Below the pieces are notes generated by a model, which did no database searches, was not told where the DNA came from, and saw only the letters and a program-made list of their open reading frames with translations. Shown in pieces: positions 25,147 through 35,255 of a stretch of DNA of 43,954 nt. The translations under genes and the position numbers were made by a program. The stretch's first letter is position 1. Every line of letters starts with the position of its first letter. The stretch lies in the IMG/VR virus record IMGVR_UViG_3300033487_000015, positions 1 through 43,954 of that record. One strand, written 5' to 3'. This stretch comes from a virus. Taxonomy: Duplodnaviria > Caudoviricetes.

Positions 25147-25192
25147 GCCCGGTCAAATTGAAAGGTACAGAACGGGTATGAAATAGGTGCAA

Positions 25193-25360
25193 ATGGAACC
25201 CAAAAGATCAATCATTCGAGACTTCTTCCGTGAGATATTGATCGTTGCCTCATTGGCATCGATATTTTACGGAGTTTTTTGTATTTATAAACCGGCAGCA
25301 TTTGTCCTGGTCGGGACGATAATCTTTATAATTGCCGTCCCAGGTAAAGCGAGGCCGTAG
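25193..25360 (+). CDS. Small membrane protein preceding the portal (55 aa)
   Basis: Manually read: ILIVASLASIFYGVFCIYKPAAFVLVGTIIFIIA; typical position in HK97-like head operons. Confidence 0.65.
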   Translation: MEPKRSIIRDFFREILIVASLASIFYGVFCIYKPAAFVLVGTIIFIIAVPGKARP

Positions 25361-25362
25361 TA

Positions 25363-26637
25363 ATGGGATTCTTCGTCGACATGATCGCTGAAAAGCGGTC
25401 GGATGGATGGATCGCCAGCCTGAAACGGGAAATCCCATGGCTCGTTGATATGGTCGATGGCGGGGTCACTGCGGCAGGAACGCGTGTGAATCAGGAAAAC
25501 GCACTCGGCCTCACCGCTGTGTATGCATGCGTTCGATTGATTGCCTGGGTTAAGGCGAGTCTTCCGCTTTTCGTTTATAAGCGACTGGATCCGCAAGGAA
25601 AAACGCGTGCAACGAATCTTCCCATTTACAAGCTACTCCACAACAATCCAAACCCCGAGCAAACCTCCTTTGAATGGCGATCCTTCATGTCGACGATGCA
25701 GAATCTGTGGGGCGCCGGCATTTCCGAGATTGAATTTGGTCCCGACGGCAACATACTTGCGCTTTGGCCTATCCCGACCTGGTGCGTTGAAAAAATACGG
25801 GTCTCCAGATCCCGGCAGGTACTCTATCGTGTCACGATCCAGGGAAAAACTTTTATGCTAAGGCCTGAGCAGACCCTCGTATTCCCAGCACTGAGCACGA
25901 GTATGGATTCCTGGCTCTCGCCGATCGCCCAGCATCGTGAAACCATCGGAGCCGCGAAGGCGGTGAAGGAATTTGGCGCCCGGATGATCGGACAAGGCGT
26001 AAACCCCACGGGGATCCTGTCAGGGCTGAAATTCCCTGCGGAAACTTCCGAGGAAAGCCTCCGAAAAAAATTCCAGGAGAAATATGAGGGCCTCGGGAAA
26101 ACCGGCCGGCTCATGCTTTTGGAAGAGGGAACAAAATTCGAGCGCATCGGTCTCCCTCCCCAGGACGCACAATATCTTGAAACCAGGCGATTTGATATCT
26201 CCGAGATCGCTCGCATCTATAATGTTCCGCTTCATCTCCTGCAGGAGACCACCGGAAGCACCTCCTGGGGAAGCGGCCTCGAGGAGTTGAACATGGCTTT
26301 CGTTGCTTATTGTCTCCGACCATATCTGGTGCAATGGGAGCAAGAAATCAATCGCAGACTCCTCGACAACAGCGATCAATATTTCTCTGAGTTTCTCATT
26401 GAAGGATTACTTCGTGGAAAGCAATATGAGAGATTTCAGGCATATGCCATCGCCAGGCAATGGGGATGGATGTGCCCTGATGACATTTGCGAAATCGAAA
26501 ATCAAAATCCTCTGCCCGACGGTCAGGGAAAAATTTATCTCGTTCCCATGAACATGGTCGACGCCAGAAACGCCGGTAAAATATCGGGCCTGGTTGATCA
26601 AATTCCAAAAGAAAAAAATCCCAAAGGAGGGAAATAA
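25363..26637 (+). CDS. Portal protein, HK97 family
   Basis: AVYACVRLIA, PNPEQT, DAQYLETRRF...EIARIYNVP, LRPYLVQWEQE. Confidence 0.95.
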   Translation: MGFFVDMIAEKRSDGWIASLKREIPWLVDMVDGGVTAAGTRVNQENALGLTAVYACVRLIAWVKASLPLFVYKRLDPQGKTRATNLPIYKLLHNNPNPEQTSFEWRSFMSTMQNLWGAGISEIEFGPDGNILALWPIPTWCVEKIRVSRSRQVLYRVTIQGKTFMLRPEQTLVFPALSTSMDSWLSPIAQHRETIGAAKAVKEFGARMIGQGVNPTGILSGLKFPAETSEESLRKKFQEKYEGLGKTGRLMLLEEGTKFERIGLPPQDAQYLETRRFDISEIARIYNVPLHLLQETTGSTSWGSGLEELNMAFVAYCLRPYLVQWEQEINRRLLDNSDQYFSEFLIEGLLRGKQYERFQAYAIARQWGWMCPDDICEIENQNPLPDGQGKIYLVPMNMVDARNAGKISGLVDQIPKEKNPKGGK

Positions 26638-26638
26638 T

Positions 26639-27256
26639 ATGCCGCTCATTACTCGCGCATTGTTCGAAACCGAAGGGTTGGAAGTGCGGAAGGGCCAGGA
26701 CGGAAAACAATCCTTGATCGGCTACGCGGTCCGATGGGATAAATTATCAGTTCCCATTTACGGCAGTTTCCGCGAACGGGTGCGCGCTGGGGCATTTACC
26801 GAATCGCTCAAGAGCAACAACGTCCGAGCGCTCTGGAACCACAACAGCGATTTTGTGCTCGGGTCGACTGGTGGGAAGACCATGACGCTTCGTGAGGATG
26901 ACAAAGGGCTCTATTTTGAGATCGATCTTCCCGACACCCAAATCGGCAGGGATGCCGCGATCACAATTCAACGTGGCGACGTTACGGGTATGTCCTTCGG
27001 CTTCAATACGCGCAAGCAGGAATGGGACGAAACCGATCCGAAAAACGTCATCCGGACGCTGATTGATGTCGATCTCCGCGAGATAAGCCCGACGCCGTTC
27101 CCGGCTTATCAGCAAACAAAGGTCGGGGTGCGAAGTGTTGATGACGATTTTATGGAAATAATGGGGGAGCGAAAGAGGGAAGCTGAAAAAAGACAAGCAG
27201 AGGATTTTGATGCCAATAATACAGCGAGGCTAAGAAATCTTAAATTTGTAATTTAA
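26639..27256 (+). CDS. HK97 prohead protease
   Basis: GYA, FRERV..GAF, LWNH, RGDVTGMSFGF, LREISPTPFPAY. Confidence 0.95.
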   Translation: MPLITRALFETEGLEVRKGQDGKQSLIGYAVRWDKLSVPIYGSFRERVRAGAFTESLKSNNVRALWNHNSDFVLGSTGGKTMTLREDDKGLYFEIDLPDTQIGRDAAITIQRGDVTGMSFGFNTRKQEWDETDPKNVIRTLIDVDLREISPTPFPAYQQTKVGVRSVDDDFMEIMGERKREAEKRQAEDFDANNTARLRNLKFVI

Positions 27257-27284
27257 TCTACAACCTTTTCGAAAGGAAAACGTT

Positions 27285-28517
27285 ATGGACATTCAAAAAC
27301 TCAAACGCGAGCGAGCAGCCCTTGTCGCTCAGATGCGTGCCTTTGTTGTATCATTGCAAACCCGCTCCGACAAAAAGGAAACCGATGCGGAAAAGACCCA
27401 ATATGCGGCATGGGAAACCGAACTCGCAAACCGCTCCGCCGAAATCGAGCGCGAGGAGCGCCTGCAGGCTGCCGAAGCGGCGATGGCGGGGGGCCAGCAG
27501 AGGGAATTCGGACCGAACGAAATCAAGAGTTTCGGGGAGTTCCTTCAGGTGGTCCGATTCGATCCCGGCAGCGCCTCATTGCAGACCCGGGAAGTTGGAA
27601 AAGGCGAGAAGCGCGACATGACCATGGGAAGCGGGACTTCAGCCGGCTTTCTCGTTCCCGAAACCTTTGATAAAACGATACGCCAGGTCACTCCCCAGAC
27701 GGCGATTTTCCGTCCCCGGGCCATGGTCATTCCCGCCGGTGATCCTCCGGACGCTGCATACAATATGATTTCTCTCGATCAATCCGGTACCAAGGGGGTA
27801 TATGGAGGCGTGGTTGTAAAATGGATTGCCGAGGGTGGCGCACGTCAGGACGCCGGCGATCCGAAGATCAAAAACATCAAATTGGAGCCTCAGGAAGTTT
27901 CGGCCTACATCGACGTCAGCGATAAATTGCTGCGGAATTCCGCCGCCGCCGGCTCCCTGGTCGAGCAGCTCTTACGCGGCGCGATCATAGGCTCCGAGGA
28001 GGATGCTTTCTATACCGGCTCCGGAGTCGGAAAACCGCATGGAATCGTCGGGCATGCCTCCGTGAAACAGGTGACAAGAAACACCGCCGCCCATGTCAAA
28101 TGGGCGGATATTAAATCCATGTTCGGAGCTTTCATGTTCGGAGGCGCTCCGGTTTGGGTCGCTAATCAGGGCTGCTTGCCGGATCTGATGAGTCTCGAGG
28201 ACACAAGCGGGCATGCTCTCTGGATGCCGAATGTTCAGATTGGCCCGGGCGGTACTCTCTGCGGGATTCCATTGCTCATCAACGATCTGAACCCGGCGCT
28301 CGGCACCGAGGGGGATCTGAGCCTGCTCGACCTGTCATATTATTTCATAAAGGACGGCGCTCCTCTCGCGATTTTCATGGATCCGTATACGCAAAAAGCC
28401 AACGGTGTGACGCGCATTTATGCCTTCTGGGGGACGGACGGTCAGCCGATGCTCACAACGCCGATCACCCAGAGGAACGGCTCGACGACGGTATCGCCCT
28501 TCGTCATTTTGAAGTAA
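27285..28517 (+). CDS. Major capsid protein, HK97 family
   Basis: Coiled-coil delta domain, GFLVPE, WIAEG, GSGVGKPHGI, LCGIP. Confidence 0.93.
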   Translation: MDIQKLKRERAALVAQMRAFVVSLQTRSDKKETDAEKTQYAAWETELANRSAEIEREERLQAAEAAMAGGQQREFGPNEIKSFGEFLQVVRFDPGSASLQTREVGKGEKRDMTMGSGTSAGFLVPETFDKTIRQVTPQTAIFRPRAMVIPAGDPPDAAYNMISLDQSGTKGVYGGVVVKWIAEGGARQDAGDPKIKNIKLEPQEVSAYIDVSDKLLRNSAAAGSLVEQLLRGAIIGSEEDAFYTGSGVGKPHGIVGHASVKQVTRNTAAHVKWADIKSMFGAFMFGGAPVWVANQGCLPDLMSLEDTSGHALWMPNVQIGPGGTLCGIPLLINDLNPALGTEGDLSLLDLSYYFIKDGAPLAIFMDPYTQKANGVTRIYAFWGTDGQPMLTTPITQRNGSTTVSPFVILK

Positions 28518-28614
28518 GGGCTGCGTTTCGGGAAATGAGGAGATCAGAGATTTCAATTGAATATCCCGGGGCCGTGAAATTCGGCCCCATTTAGAATTAA
28601 AAAAGGAAGTTTCC

Positions 28615-29337
28615 ATGCAAAAAATATCCGACGACCTCAAAATCGATGTGGGCCTGAAGCCCCAGAGCCTGGCAACCACCAATGCGACCGGGCAGTTTTA
28701 CAGGATGGACGAGCATCGCAGGGCGCTTTTCTGCCTGAGCATCGCCGCCATGGCCACGGGAAACACTGTCGCAGCCCAGGTCCGGCAGGCTACCGATGGG
28801 GCTGGAACGAGCGCCAAGGACATCACCAATGCCCTGGCAACGGTCACGGCAAATACCAAAGTGAAGAAAGCCACTGTCACGCTTGCGACGTTTACCGCCG
28901 GCCAGGTGATCGTCATCAATGGCCTGACATTCACCGCGCACGCATCAACCACGACGAAGGCAAATCGCGAATTTTCGATAGCGGGGACCGATACCCAGGA
29001 CGGTGATGAGCTTGTCTCCTGCATCAATGATGCCACCTATGGCGTCCTCGGCGTCACCGCATCCAATAACGCCGGTGTCGTCACGCTCGTAGCAACCGAA
29101 CCGGGCGGCACTTACTTGACCGTTGTCGGTGTGGCGACCATCGGCGTCGCCGCCACCGTCGAGGCGGATGCCTTCGTCGAGATCGAGGCCGGCATGCTCG
29201 ATACTGCCAATAGTTTCGACCATGTCGCGATCAAGGTTACGACGGCCGGCACCGTTATCGTGGGATCGACGCTCATCCGAGATTGCCGTCATACCCCGGA
29301 TCAATATGTCGGCGCATCCAAAACGGATGTTGCGTAA
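28615..29337 (+). CDS. Probable head decoration or minor structural protein
   Basis: A/T/V-rich, directly after the capsid gene. Confidence 0.55.
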   Translation: MQKISDDLKIDVGLKPQSLATTNATGQFYRMDEHRRALFCLSIAAMATGNTVAAQVRQATDGAGTSAKDITNALATVTANTKVKKATVTLATFTAGQVIVINGLTFTAHASTTTKANREFSIAGTDTQDGDELVSCINDATYGVLGVTASNNAGVVTLVATEPGGTYLTVVGVATIGVAATVEADAFVEIEAGMLDTANSFDHVAIKVTTAGTVIVGSTLIRDCRHTPDQYVGASKTDVA

Positions 29338-29390
29338 GTGCAATTTAGCATGATGGGGCGATGGGGCCCCATCATGGGAGGGTCTGCGGC

Positions 29391-30251
29391 ATGCGTTGGA
29401 CGATCGGCATGGCGTCATACAATAACTTCGATGAGGTGTATTTCACCATTCAATCGCTTCGCCTCCATCATGATCTTACTGATTGTGAAATCGTGATAGT
29501 GGATAATTTCGGCTGCGAGGCGCTCCTTGATTTTTGTGAGGAGTTTGGCGCCGGCATTGTGCGCTATGAAAAGTTTACTGAAATACGGGGAACTGCCGCT
29601 CCACGAAACAGAATTTTTGAGATTGCCCATGGCGACAATGTAGTGGTTATGGACTCACATACCCTATTGAAGCGGGGATTTTTTGACAATATTCCAAGCG
29701 ACGATGGACTTTATCACGGTCCATGCCAACTGAATAGTTTTGATGGGTTTTTTATGGGATGGAATCCGGCTTGGCGCCGGAACATGTGGGGTGCCTGGAA
29801 GGCCTCGGTCAAGACATTACCGGAAGATAAGGTCGAGATTTGGGGATCGGGCCTCGGCGTTTTCGCATGCCGGAGAGAGGCGTGGTTGGGGTTCAATAAA
29901 GATTTTCGTGGCTTTGGAGGGGAAGAGGGTTACATCCACGAAAAGTATCGGAGGGCAGGACGAAAAGTCTGGTGTGATCCGTCAAAGGTTTGGGTGCATT
30001 ATTTCTGTAATAACGGAAGGAAAATTCCGTTTGAAATCCCCCGCATCGAGCGCGTACGGAATTACCTCATCGGATTCGAGGAGCTTGGCATGGATACAAA
30101 AGAAATGGAAGAACATTTCGGACCGAAAATGATAGCGGAAGCGCGCGGCTTGATCGCGAAGGAAAGGGCCACGGAAGCTGCTCCAACAAACGATGCCGAC
30201 GAAAGGGCGATTATTGAAACCGAAAGAATTGAACCGCAGGAAGTGAGATAA
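29391..30251 (+). CDS. Glycosyltransferase family 2
   Basis: TIGMASYN, EIVIVDN, APRNRIFEIAHGDNVVVMDSH, GFNKDFRGFGGEE. Confidence 0.85.
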   Translation: MRWTIGMASYNNFDEVYFTIQSLRLHHDLTDCEIVIVDNFGCEALLDFCEEFGAGIVRYEKFTEIRGTAAPRNRIFEIAHGDNVVVMDSHTLLKRGFFDNIPSDDGLYHGPCQLNSFDGFFMGWNPAWRRNMWGAWKASVKTLPEDKVEIWGSGLGVFACRREAWLGFNKDFRGFGGEEGYIHEKYRRAGRKVWCDPSKVWVHYFCNNGRKIPFEIPRIERVRNYLIGFEELGMDTKEMEEHFGPKMIAEARGLIAKERATEAAPTNDADERAIIETERIEPQEVR

Positions 30252-30874
30252 TGGACTATTCGCTGAAATTGATCACTCCACCGGCGATAGAGCCGGTGCT
30301 GGCGTCCGAGGTCAAGCTGCATGCCCACATCAGTCATTCGGTTGAAGATGCGCTCATCGAAGAATGGATATCTTCGGGAAGAAGTCTTGCGGAGGATTTT
30401 CAACGAAGGGCATATATTGGACAGAAATGGGAAGTGGCATTCGATGGATTTCCCGGCACGCCGATCATACTCCCGCGGCCGCCGCTCATCTCGGTCGACT
30501 TCATCAAGTGCTATGATAATCTCGGCGCCGAAACCATTCTCTACTACATCGCCGACGATCCGATAACGACGCCCGTTGAACCCGGCGTCGATGGGGCTAC
30601 GAACTCCGATTTTATCATCGATACGAACGGCCAGCCCGGGCGCATTGATCTTGCCTATGAAAAAACATGGCCATCGATTACCCCGAGGTCTATAAAGGCT
30701 CTCGTCATCCGTTTCAGCGCCGGCTATGGGCTGACGGCTGCGAGCGTTCCTCAGACAGTGAAAGATGCGATAATGCTTTACTGCACCTATCGGAATGAAA
30801 ACAGGGCGGGTGAAACCGAAGAGGCTCCGGAGCAATTTTATAATTTACTTTGGCCGCAAAGGAATTACCAATGA
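30251..30874 (+). CDS. Head-tail connector (phiE125 gp8 / HK97 gp6-like)
   Basis: PPAIEPVLASEVKLH...EDALI, FSAGYG...VPQTVKDAIML, YRNENR. Confidence 0.9.
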   Translation: MDYSLKLITPPAIEPVLASEVKLHAHISHSVEDALIEEWISSGRSLAEDFQRRAYIGQKWEVAFDGFPGTPIILPRPPLISVDFIKCYDNLGAETILYYIADDPITTPVEPGVDGATNSDFIIDTNGQPGRIDLAYEKTWPSITPRSIKALVIRFSAGYGLTAASVPQTVKDAIMLYCTYRNENRAGETEEAPEQFYNLLWPQRNYQ

Positions 30875-32274
30875 CCCGGGGATATCTTTACCTGGCAATG
30901 GGCGCGGAGTATGACAAACTCGCCGCGCATACCATTGCGAAATCGATCGAGTTCCTTTCACTGCCTGTTTCGGTTATATCAAACATCAAGACAAAATGCA
31001 AAAAGTGGGCAGAGATTCCCGGAGTCAATTTCATCGATATCGATTTGCCCGACGATGCGAATCGAGAGGTACGAACCCAGCTCATAAAATATACCCCTTA
31101 TGACGAAACGCTTTATATCGACTGCGATTCGGTTGTCGTGAAACATGGCCTCGAAACAATTTTCGACCTCTTAAACGGCAACGACGCCATTTTCCAGGAA
31201 TGTCATGAGTGGTTACCGCATAGGCAGTATTACAGATTTTATCGGGATGCGGCAAAGCTTTTTCATGTTGAATTGCCATGGAAAATCTTCATGGGTGGAT
31301 TCTTTGCCTTCCGAAAGAATGACACGGTAAGCGATTTTTTCGCGCGTTGGAACGAATATTGGAGACGCCATAATGTCGGCCGCGACATGCCGGCGCTCTC
31401 CTGCTCTATCCGCAACAGCGCTATAAAATATGAAATTATCACAACGGAAAAACATGGGTTCTTTTCCTTCGGCATGAAATCCAACGCCATTATACTCCAT
31501 AGGGTCAATTTTGACGATCTGCACCGTTATTTCGGGATTCCATTGCATGGGCATAACAAAAAATACGACGAAGGGAAAAAGTGGTTTTGGGAGAGAGTCT
31601 ATTTCGATGATGAGGAAAACAAACTGGTACATGACCCCTGGATAAGAAAAAAATTCGATCCATGGCAGCGCATGGTCGACAAACAAAAATACGTTGAAAA
31701 ATTCCTTCCGGAAATGTATACGGGGGGCATTGATGTTCTCGATATTGCAACGGGACCGGGAGAATTCCTTCGCCTTGCCATGAAAATGGAATGCAATGCA
31801 TTGGGAATTGAGGGCTTCTGCCGTATGTTTGACAGGCCGATAGACCGGCTTTACAATCAATTTTCGCGTTTAAAACTCAGGGAAGACGAGACCCCCGTCG
31901 TTCTGTCGGACATGAACGACGTGTTGAGGACCGATCCTCCGGAGCTCGCTGGCAGGAAATTCGATATTATCAATTGTCAGTTCGCCATTAATTTCATTTT
32001 TTTGGATTGTTTCAATTTTCATCCCGAACTCGGCGAATACCGCAACAACGGAGAGTGGATTTTCAATGAGGATTTTCAGAGGCATTTCGAGGATTATTTC
32101 CGATGGTGCAAGGGGCATCTACATAAAAACGGTATCGTAATGATCGCGGCGCTGCAGGCGTTCAACAAAGAGGAATATTCAAGGCGGATTATCCGCATTG
32201 CCGATTCCTTCGGCTTCAAGTGTGTGTTATCGGAAGGAAATCTTAATCATAAATTCGTCATTCAAAACGGATAA
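30871..32274 (+). CDS. Glycosyltransferase (GT-A, GT8-like) fused to a class I SAM methyltransferase
   Basis: TPYDETLYIDCD (DxD), RDMPAL; C-terminal VLDIATGPGEF, KFDIINC, LHKNG. Confidence 0.75.
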   Translation: MTRGYLYLAMGAEYDKLAAHTIAKSIEFLSLPVSVISNIKTKCKKWAEIPGVNFIDIDLPDDANREVRTQLIKYTPYDETLYIDCDSVVVKHGLETIFDLLNGNDAIFQECHEWLPHRQYYRFYRDAAKLFHVELPWKIFMGGFFAFRKNDTVSDFFARWNEYWRRHNVGRDMPALSCSIRNSAIKYEIITTEKHGFFSFGMKSNAIILHRVNFDDLHRYFGIPLHGHNKKYDEGKKWFWERVYFDDEENKLVHDPWIRKKFDPWQRMVDKQKYVEKFLPEMYTGGIDVLDIATGPGEFLRLAMKMECNALGIEGFCRMFDRPIDRLYNQFSRLKLREDETPVVLSDMNDVLRTDPPELAGRKFDIINCQFAINFIFLDCFNFHPELGEYRNNGEWIFNEDFQRHFEDYFRWCKGHLHKNGIVMIAALQAFNKEEYSRRIIRIADSFGFKCVLSEGNLNHKFVIQNG

Positions 32275-32311
32275 ATCGCGTCCTTGGCAGGCGCGTAGAT
32301 TGAAAAACAAA

Positions 32312-32662
32312 ATGGACAGACAGGGAAAAAAGACAGGGGCGACCGAACGGAGGCATTATCTCACGATTCAGTCAAAGACGTCAGTCCCGGATGGCGAAGG
32401 GGGCTATACCGAGACATGGATCGACGGCGTCTCCATCTTTGCAGCGGTTTATCCAATCAGAGCGCAACAACAATTCAACTTGAGAAGTGTCAATGTTGAT
32501 GCCACTCATTTTGTTAAAATCGAGGGAGAAATTGTTGCCGCTGAGAAGGATCGAATAAAATTTATTTCCGGATCGGTAACCAGATACTTTGAAATTCTGA
32601 CCATCGAAGATATTCAGGAGCGCGGAATCGATAAATGGGTTATGTGCAAGGAGCGGCGATGA
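32312..32662 (+). CDS. Head closure / head-tail joining protein (SPP1 gp16-like)
   Basis: RRHYLTIQ...DGEGGYTETW, DRIKF...FEI. Confidence 0.85.
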   Translation: MDRQGKKTGATERRHYLTIQSKTSVPDGEGGYTETWIDGVSIFAAVYPIRAQQQFNLRSVNVDATHFVKIEGEIVAAEKDRIKFISGSVTRYFEILTIEDIQERGIDKWVMCKERR

Positions 32663-33063
32663 GCGGGAGCTGGAGCAAAATAAGAGAGGTCTGCGCAGAT
32701 CTCGATAAGGCGCAGGAGAGGGAGCTGGATAAGGCCGCCGCATATTTGCGCCAGAAGCTCAAGGATAAGGTGAGCAAAAAGAGAATCTCCCTGCCGGGAG
32801 AACCGCCGGGCCGTCAGTCCGGGAACCTGAAGAAAGGCATAAAATTCACGCGCGAACCGGGAAACCGGTTTATCGGTGTCGGGAGTCCCGCGCAGCATGC
32901 GCACCTGCTTGAATTTGGAACCGGGCCGAGGCTCGTGAAAAATTATCGCGGGAAAGGAATGTCGAAACTGGTGGGTCCTCAGGCGCCCCGGCCGTTCATC
33001 ATTCCGACGTTTGAGGAAGAGAGTGACAATATTAAAAAAATTCTATCGGAGCAGTGGCTGTAA
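32659..33063 (+). CDS. HK97 gp10-like neck protein
   Basis: PGEPP..QSGNLKKGI, AHLLEFGT, PRPFIIP. Confidence 0.85.
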   Translation: MSGSWSKIREVCADLDKAQERELDKAAAYLRQKLKDKVSKKRISLPGEPPGRQSGNLKKGIKFTREPGNRFIGVGSPAQHAHLLEFGTGPRLVKNYRGKGMSKLVGPQAPRPFIIPTFEEESDNIKKILSEQWL

Positions 33064-33494
33064 TGTTTGAATCATCGTTATTGGAGGCATTGCAGGGAGA
33101 CTCGGCGCTTTCCGCGCTCATTACAACCTTCGGAGGTTTGCCGGCAATCTTTTCGGGGGCAGCTCCGGAGACGGCCGAATTGCCGTATGTCATTTTTAAA
33201 ATCCATCGCTCAAACCCTGGAGCCGCGGCTGTTCATAAATTCGATGTCATGATTGATGTTTACGGATACGATACAACGGAAAAGACCGTCCATGAAGCTT
33301 CGGAGAGAATAGAATTTCTCCTGGATCGAGGCATTCTTCAGCATGCGCGCTACGGATGTATCAGACTTTTTTTCCAATCCGGCGGACCGGTGGATGACGA
33401 AGATGATCCACGCTCGATTCACGAAAATCTTCTTTTCGAGGCACGCGCAGGCCGTAAAAAATGGAGTACGGATATAACTACGTTGGGATATTAA
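33063..33494 (+). CDS. Tail completion protein (DUF3168-like)
   Basis: AP...LPYVIF, IDVY; position. Confidence 0.7.
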   Translation: MFESSLLEALQGDSALSALITTFGGLPAIFSGAAPETAELPYVIFKIHRSNPGAAAVHKFDVMIDVYGYDTTEKTVHEASERIEFLLDRGILQHARYGCIRLFFQSGGPVDDEDDPRSIHENLLFEARAGRKKWSTDITTLGY

Positions 33495-33515
33495 CAATTT
33501 AAGAAAGGAGTTCAT

Positions 33516-34082
33516 ATGCCCAGATATCATGGAATAACCGACGATACGTATAAGAGGTTTGTCATTGACGCGGGCGAGGTGCGTCTCGGATATGTCGACG
33601 AGGTAACGCGCGGCACGAATCTCGGCGCCACCCGCGGCGGATCAACTTTTGTCGTAGAAACCGAGTACAAAGACATGGTGGTCGATGGAGCGAAGGGACC
33701 GGTCAAAGGCGGCCGGAGGATCACGAAAGTAACCGCGAGCATGGATGTCAGCTTCATCGAATTTTCACCCGCACTCATCGCGCGCGCGCTCCCGGGAGCG
33801 ACCACCGAGACTGTTCAGCAGGCAACGTATGTCGAGATACAGCGCGCCCTGCAGTTGGCACTCACGGACTACGCCGATTCGGTGGCGCTTATCGGGGAGG
33901 TATCGGGGAGCCAGAGGGCGTTCATCGGAATCCTGAAAAATGTCATTGTCGACGGCAATTACGAAATCACCGCTCAGGATGGTGATGAGAGCGCTTTGAA
34001 AATAAAATTCACGGCGCATTTTGATCCGGATCACATGGATGCGGAGCCGTGGACCATCCGGTTCCCGTCCGATGTCTCATGA
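33516..34082 (+). CDS. Major tail protein
   Basis: IDAG, LGATRGGSTF, VDGAKGPVKG, FTAHFD; position. Confidence 0.8.
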   Translation: MPRYHGITDDTYKRFVIDAGEVRLGYVDEVTRGTNLGATRGGSTFVVETEYKDMVVDGAKGPVKGGRRITKVTASMDVSFIEFSPALIARALPGATTETVQQATYVEIQRALQLALTDYADSVALIGEVSGSQRAFIGILKNVIVDGNYEITAQDGDESALKIKFTAHFDPDHMDAEPWTIRFPSDVS

Positions 34083-34152
34083 TCCGGAGTCGTTCACGAT
34101 GATTTCATGAGCGTATGAATTAAAATCGTTTAACGGTGGGAGGCAATTTTAA

Positions 34153-34599
34153 ATGGACGAATTGAAGATACGGCCGCTCAAACGTAAAGATCGAAAAATC
34201 ATGACCGGCCTTTTGCGCAAACTCGCCGATAATATCGGCGACAAGGGCATCACGAAAATCATCGTCTCCGATGCTCCCGATGATTCCGCGAAAAATATAA
34301 AGGCTGATGATTCCGAAAAGCTGAATGCCTTCGCAAAAGTAGGGGTTGAGCTTCTTAAACAAATGCTCGACTTGCTCGAGGATGACTTAGCCGTTTGGTT
34401 TGCTGATCTGGCGGGGATAAAAAAAGAGGATATAGATGAAATGCCGTTTGGTTTCGAAGCGAATATCATCGATCAGATCGTTTCCTCGGAGGAGGTGGGT
34501 GATTTTTTTATGCATGCCTTGCGTGCGTCCAGCAGGATCAAGGAGTACGGAAGGCAAGCGAAGATACTGAAAACGGAGTCCGCTTCCGCCTCGAGCTGA
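34153..34599 (+). CDS. Tail assembly chaperone (gpG-like)
   Basis: Between major tail and tape measure genes; contains a slippery T7 run. Confidence 0.7.
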   Translation: MDELKIRPLKRKDRKIMTGLLRKLADNIGDKGITKIIVSDAPDDSAKNIKADDSEKLNAFAKVGVELLKQMLDLLEDDLAVWFADLAGIKKEDIDEMPFGFEANIIDQIVSSEEVGDFFMHALRASSRIKEYGRQAKILKTESASASS

Positions 34600-34898
34600 C
34601 CGTAGAGGAATTCGACGAATGCAATTATTCGGATATCAGCTTTACGGCGCGGATGATCGGAAAGGAGCGGGAGCGGAGATTAAAGGAGACGATGATATCC
34701 GCGGCCTTCACTGCTTGGCTGCAGGGCGCCGGACCTGAAAAGACTTTTCCGCAGTTTTTGAGGCATTATGGATTGGCCGAGGCAGAGCCGATTATGAGCA
34801 AGGATGAGAAACGGTTGGCCGTGCGAAAAGCGAAGCAAACAGCCGAACGGATTATAAAGATGGATAGGAAACATTCATCCACAAGGGAGAGTAAATAA
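34503..34898 (+). CDS. -1 frameshift extension of the tail assembly chaperone (gpGT-like)
   Basis: T TTT TTT at 34503-34509; the -1 frame is open from there into ORF 34653-34898. Confidence 0.7.
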   Translation, partial: FFYACLACVQQDQGVRKASEDTENGVRFRLELTVEEFDECNYSDISFTARMIGKERERRLKETMISAAFTAWLQGAGPEKTFPQFLRHYGLAEAEPIMSKDEKRLAVRKAKQTAERIIKMDRKHSSTRESK

Positions 34899-35243
34899 AT
34901 GGCCTGGCAAACTCCTAAAACCGATTGGGCCGCCGATGACGGCATCACGTCCGATGATTTAAATCGAATCGAAGGGAATGTCGCCGATTTCCGATTCAGC
35001 GGCGGAGCCAATGGACGGCTCGGGGTAGCGACTTTTGATAACGCTGCGAGCGTCACCGTGAACAATACCTCAGTCACCGCAAACACGCTCATATTGATAA
35101 CATGCAATTCATTAACATTTTACGCGGGAACGCCCATATTTTATATATCGGCGAAAACACCCGGCGTTTCTTTTGTAATAAATGTTTCGGGAGGGTCGTC
35201 CATTTACGGCACGGTGGCCTATTTACTCTTGGAACCGCAATAG
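34899..35243 (+). CDS. Small tail-associated protein
   Basis: MAWQTPKTDW...DLNRIEGN N-terminus common in phage tail proteins. Confidence 0.55.
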   Translation: MAWQTPKTDWAADDGITSDDLNRIEGNVADFRFSGGANGRLGVATFDNAASVTVNNTSVTANTLILITCNSLTFYAGTPIFYISAKTPGVSFVINVSGGSSIYGTVAYLLLEPQ

Positions 35244-35255
35244 TGGAACGAAAAA

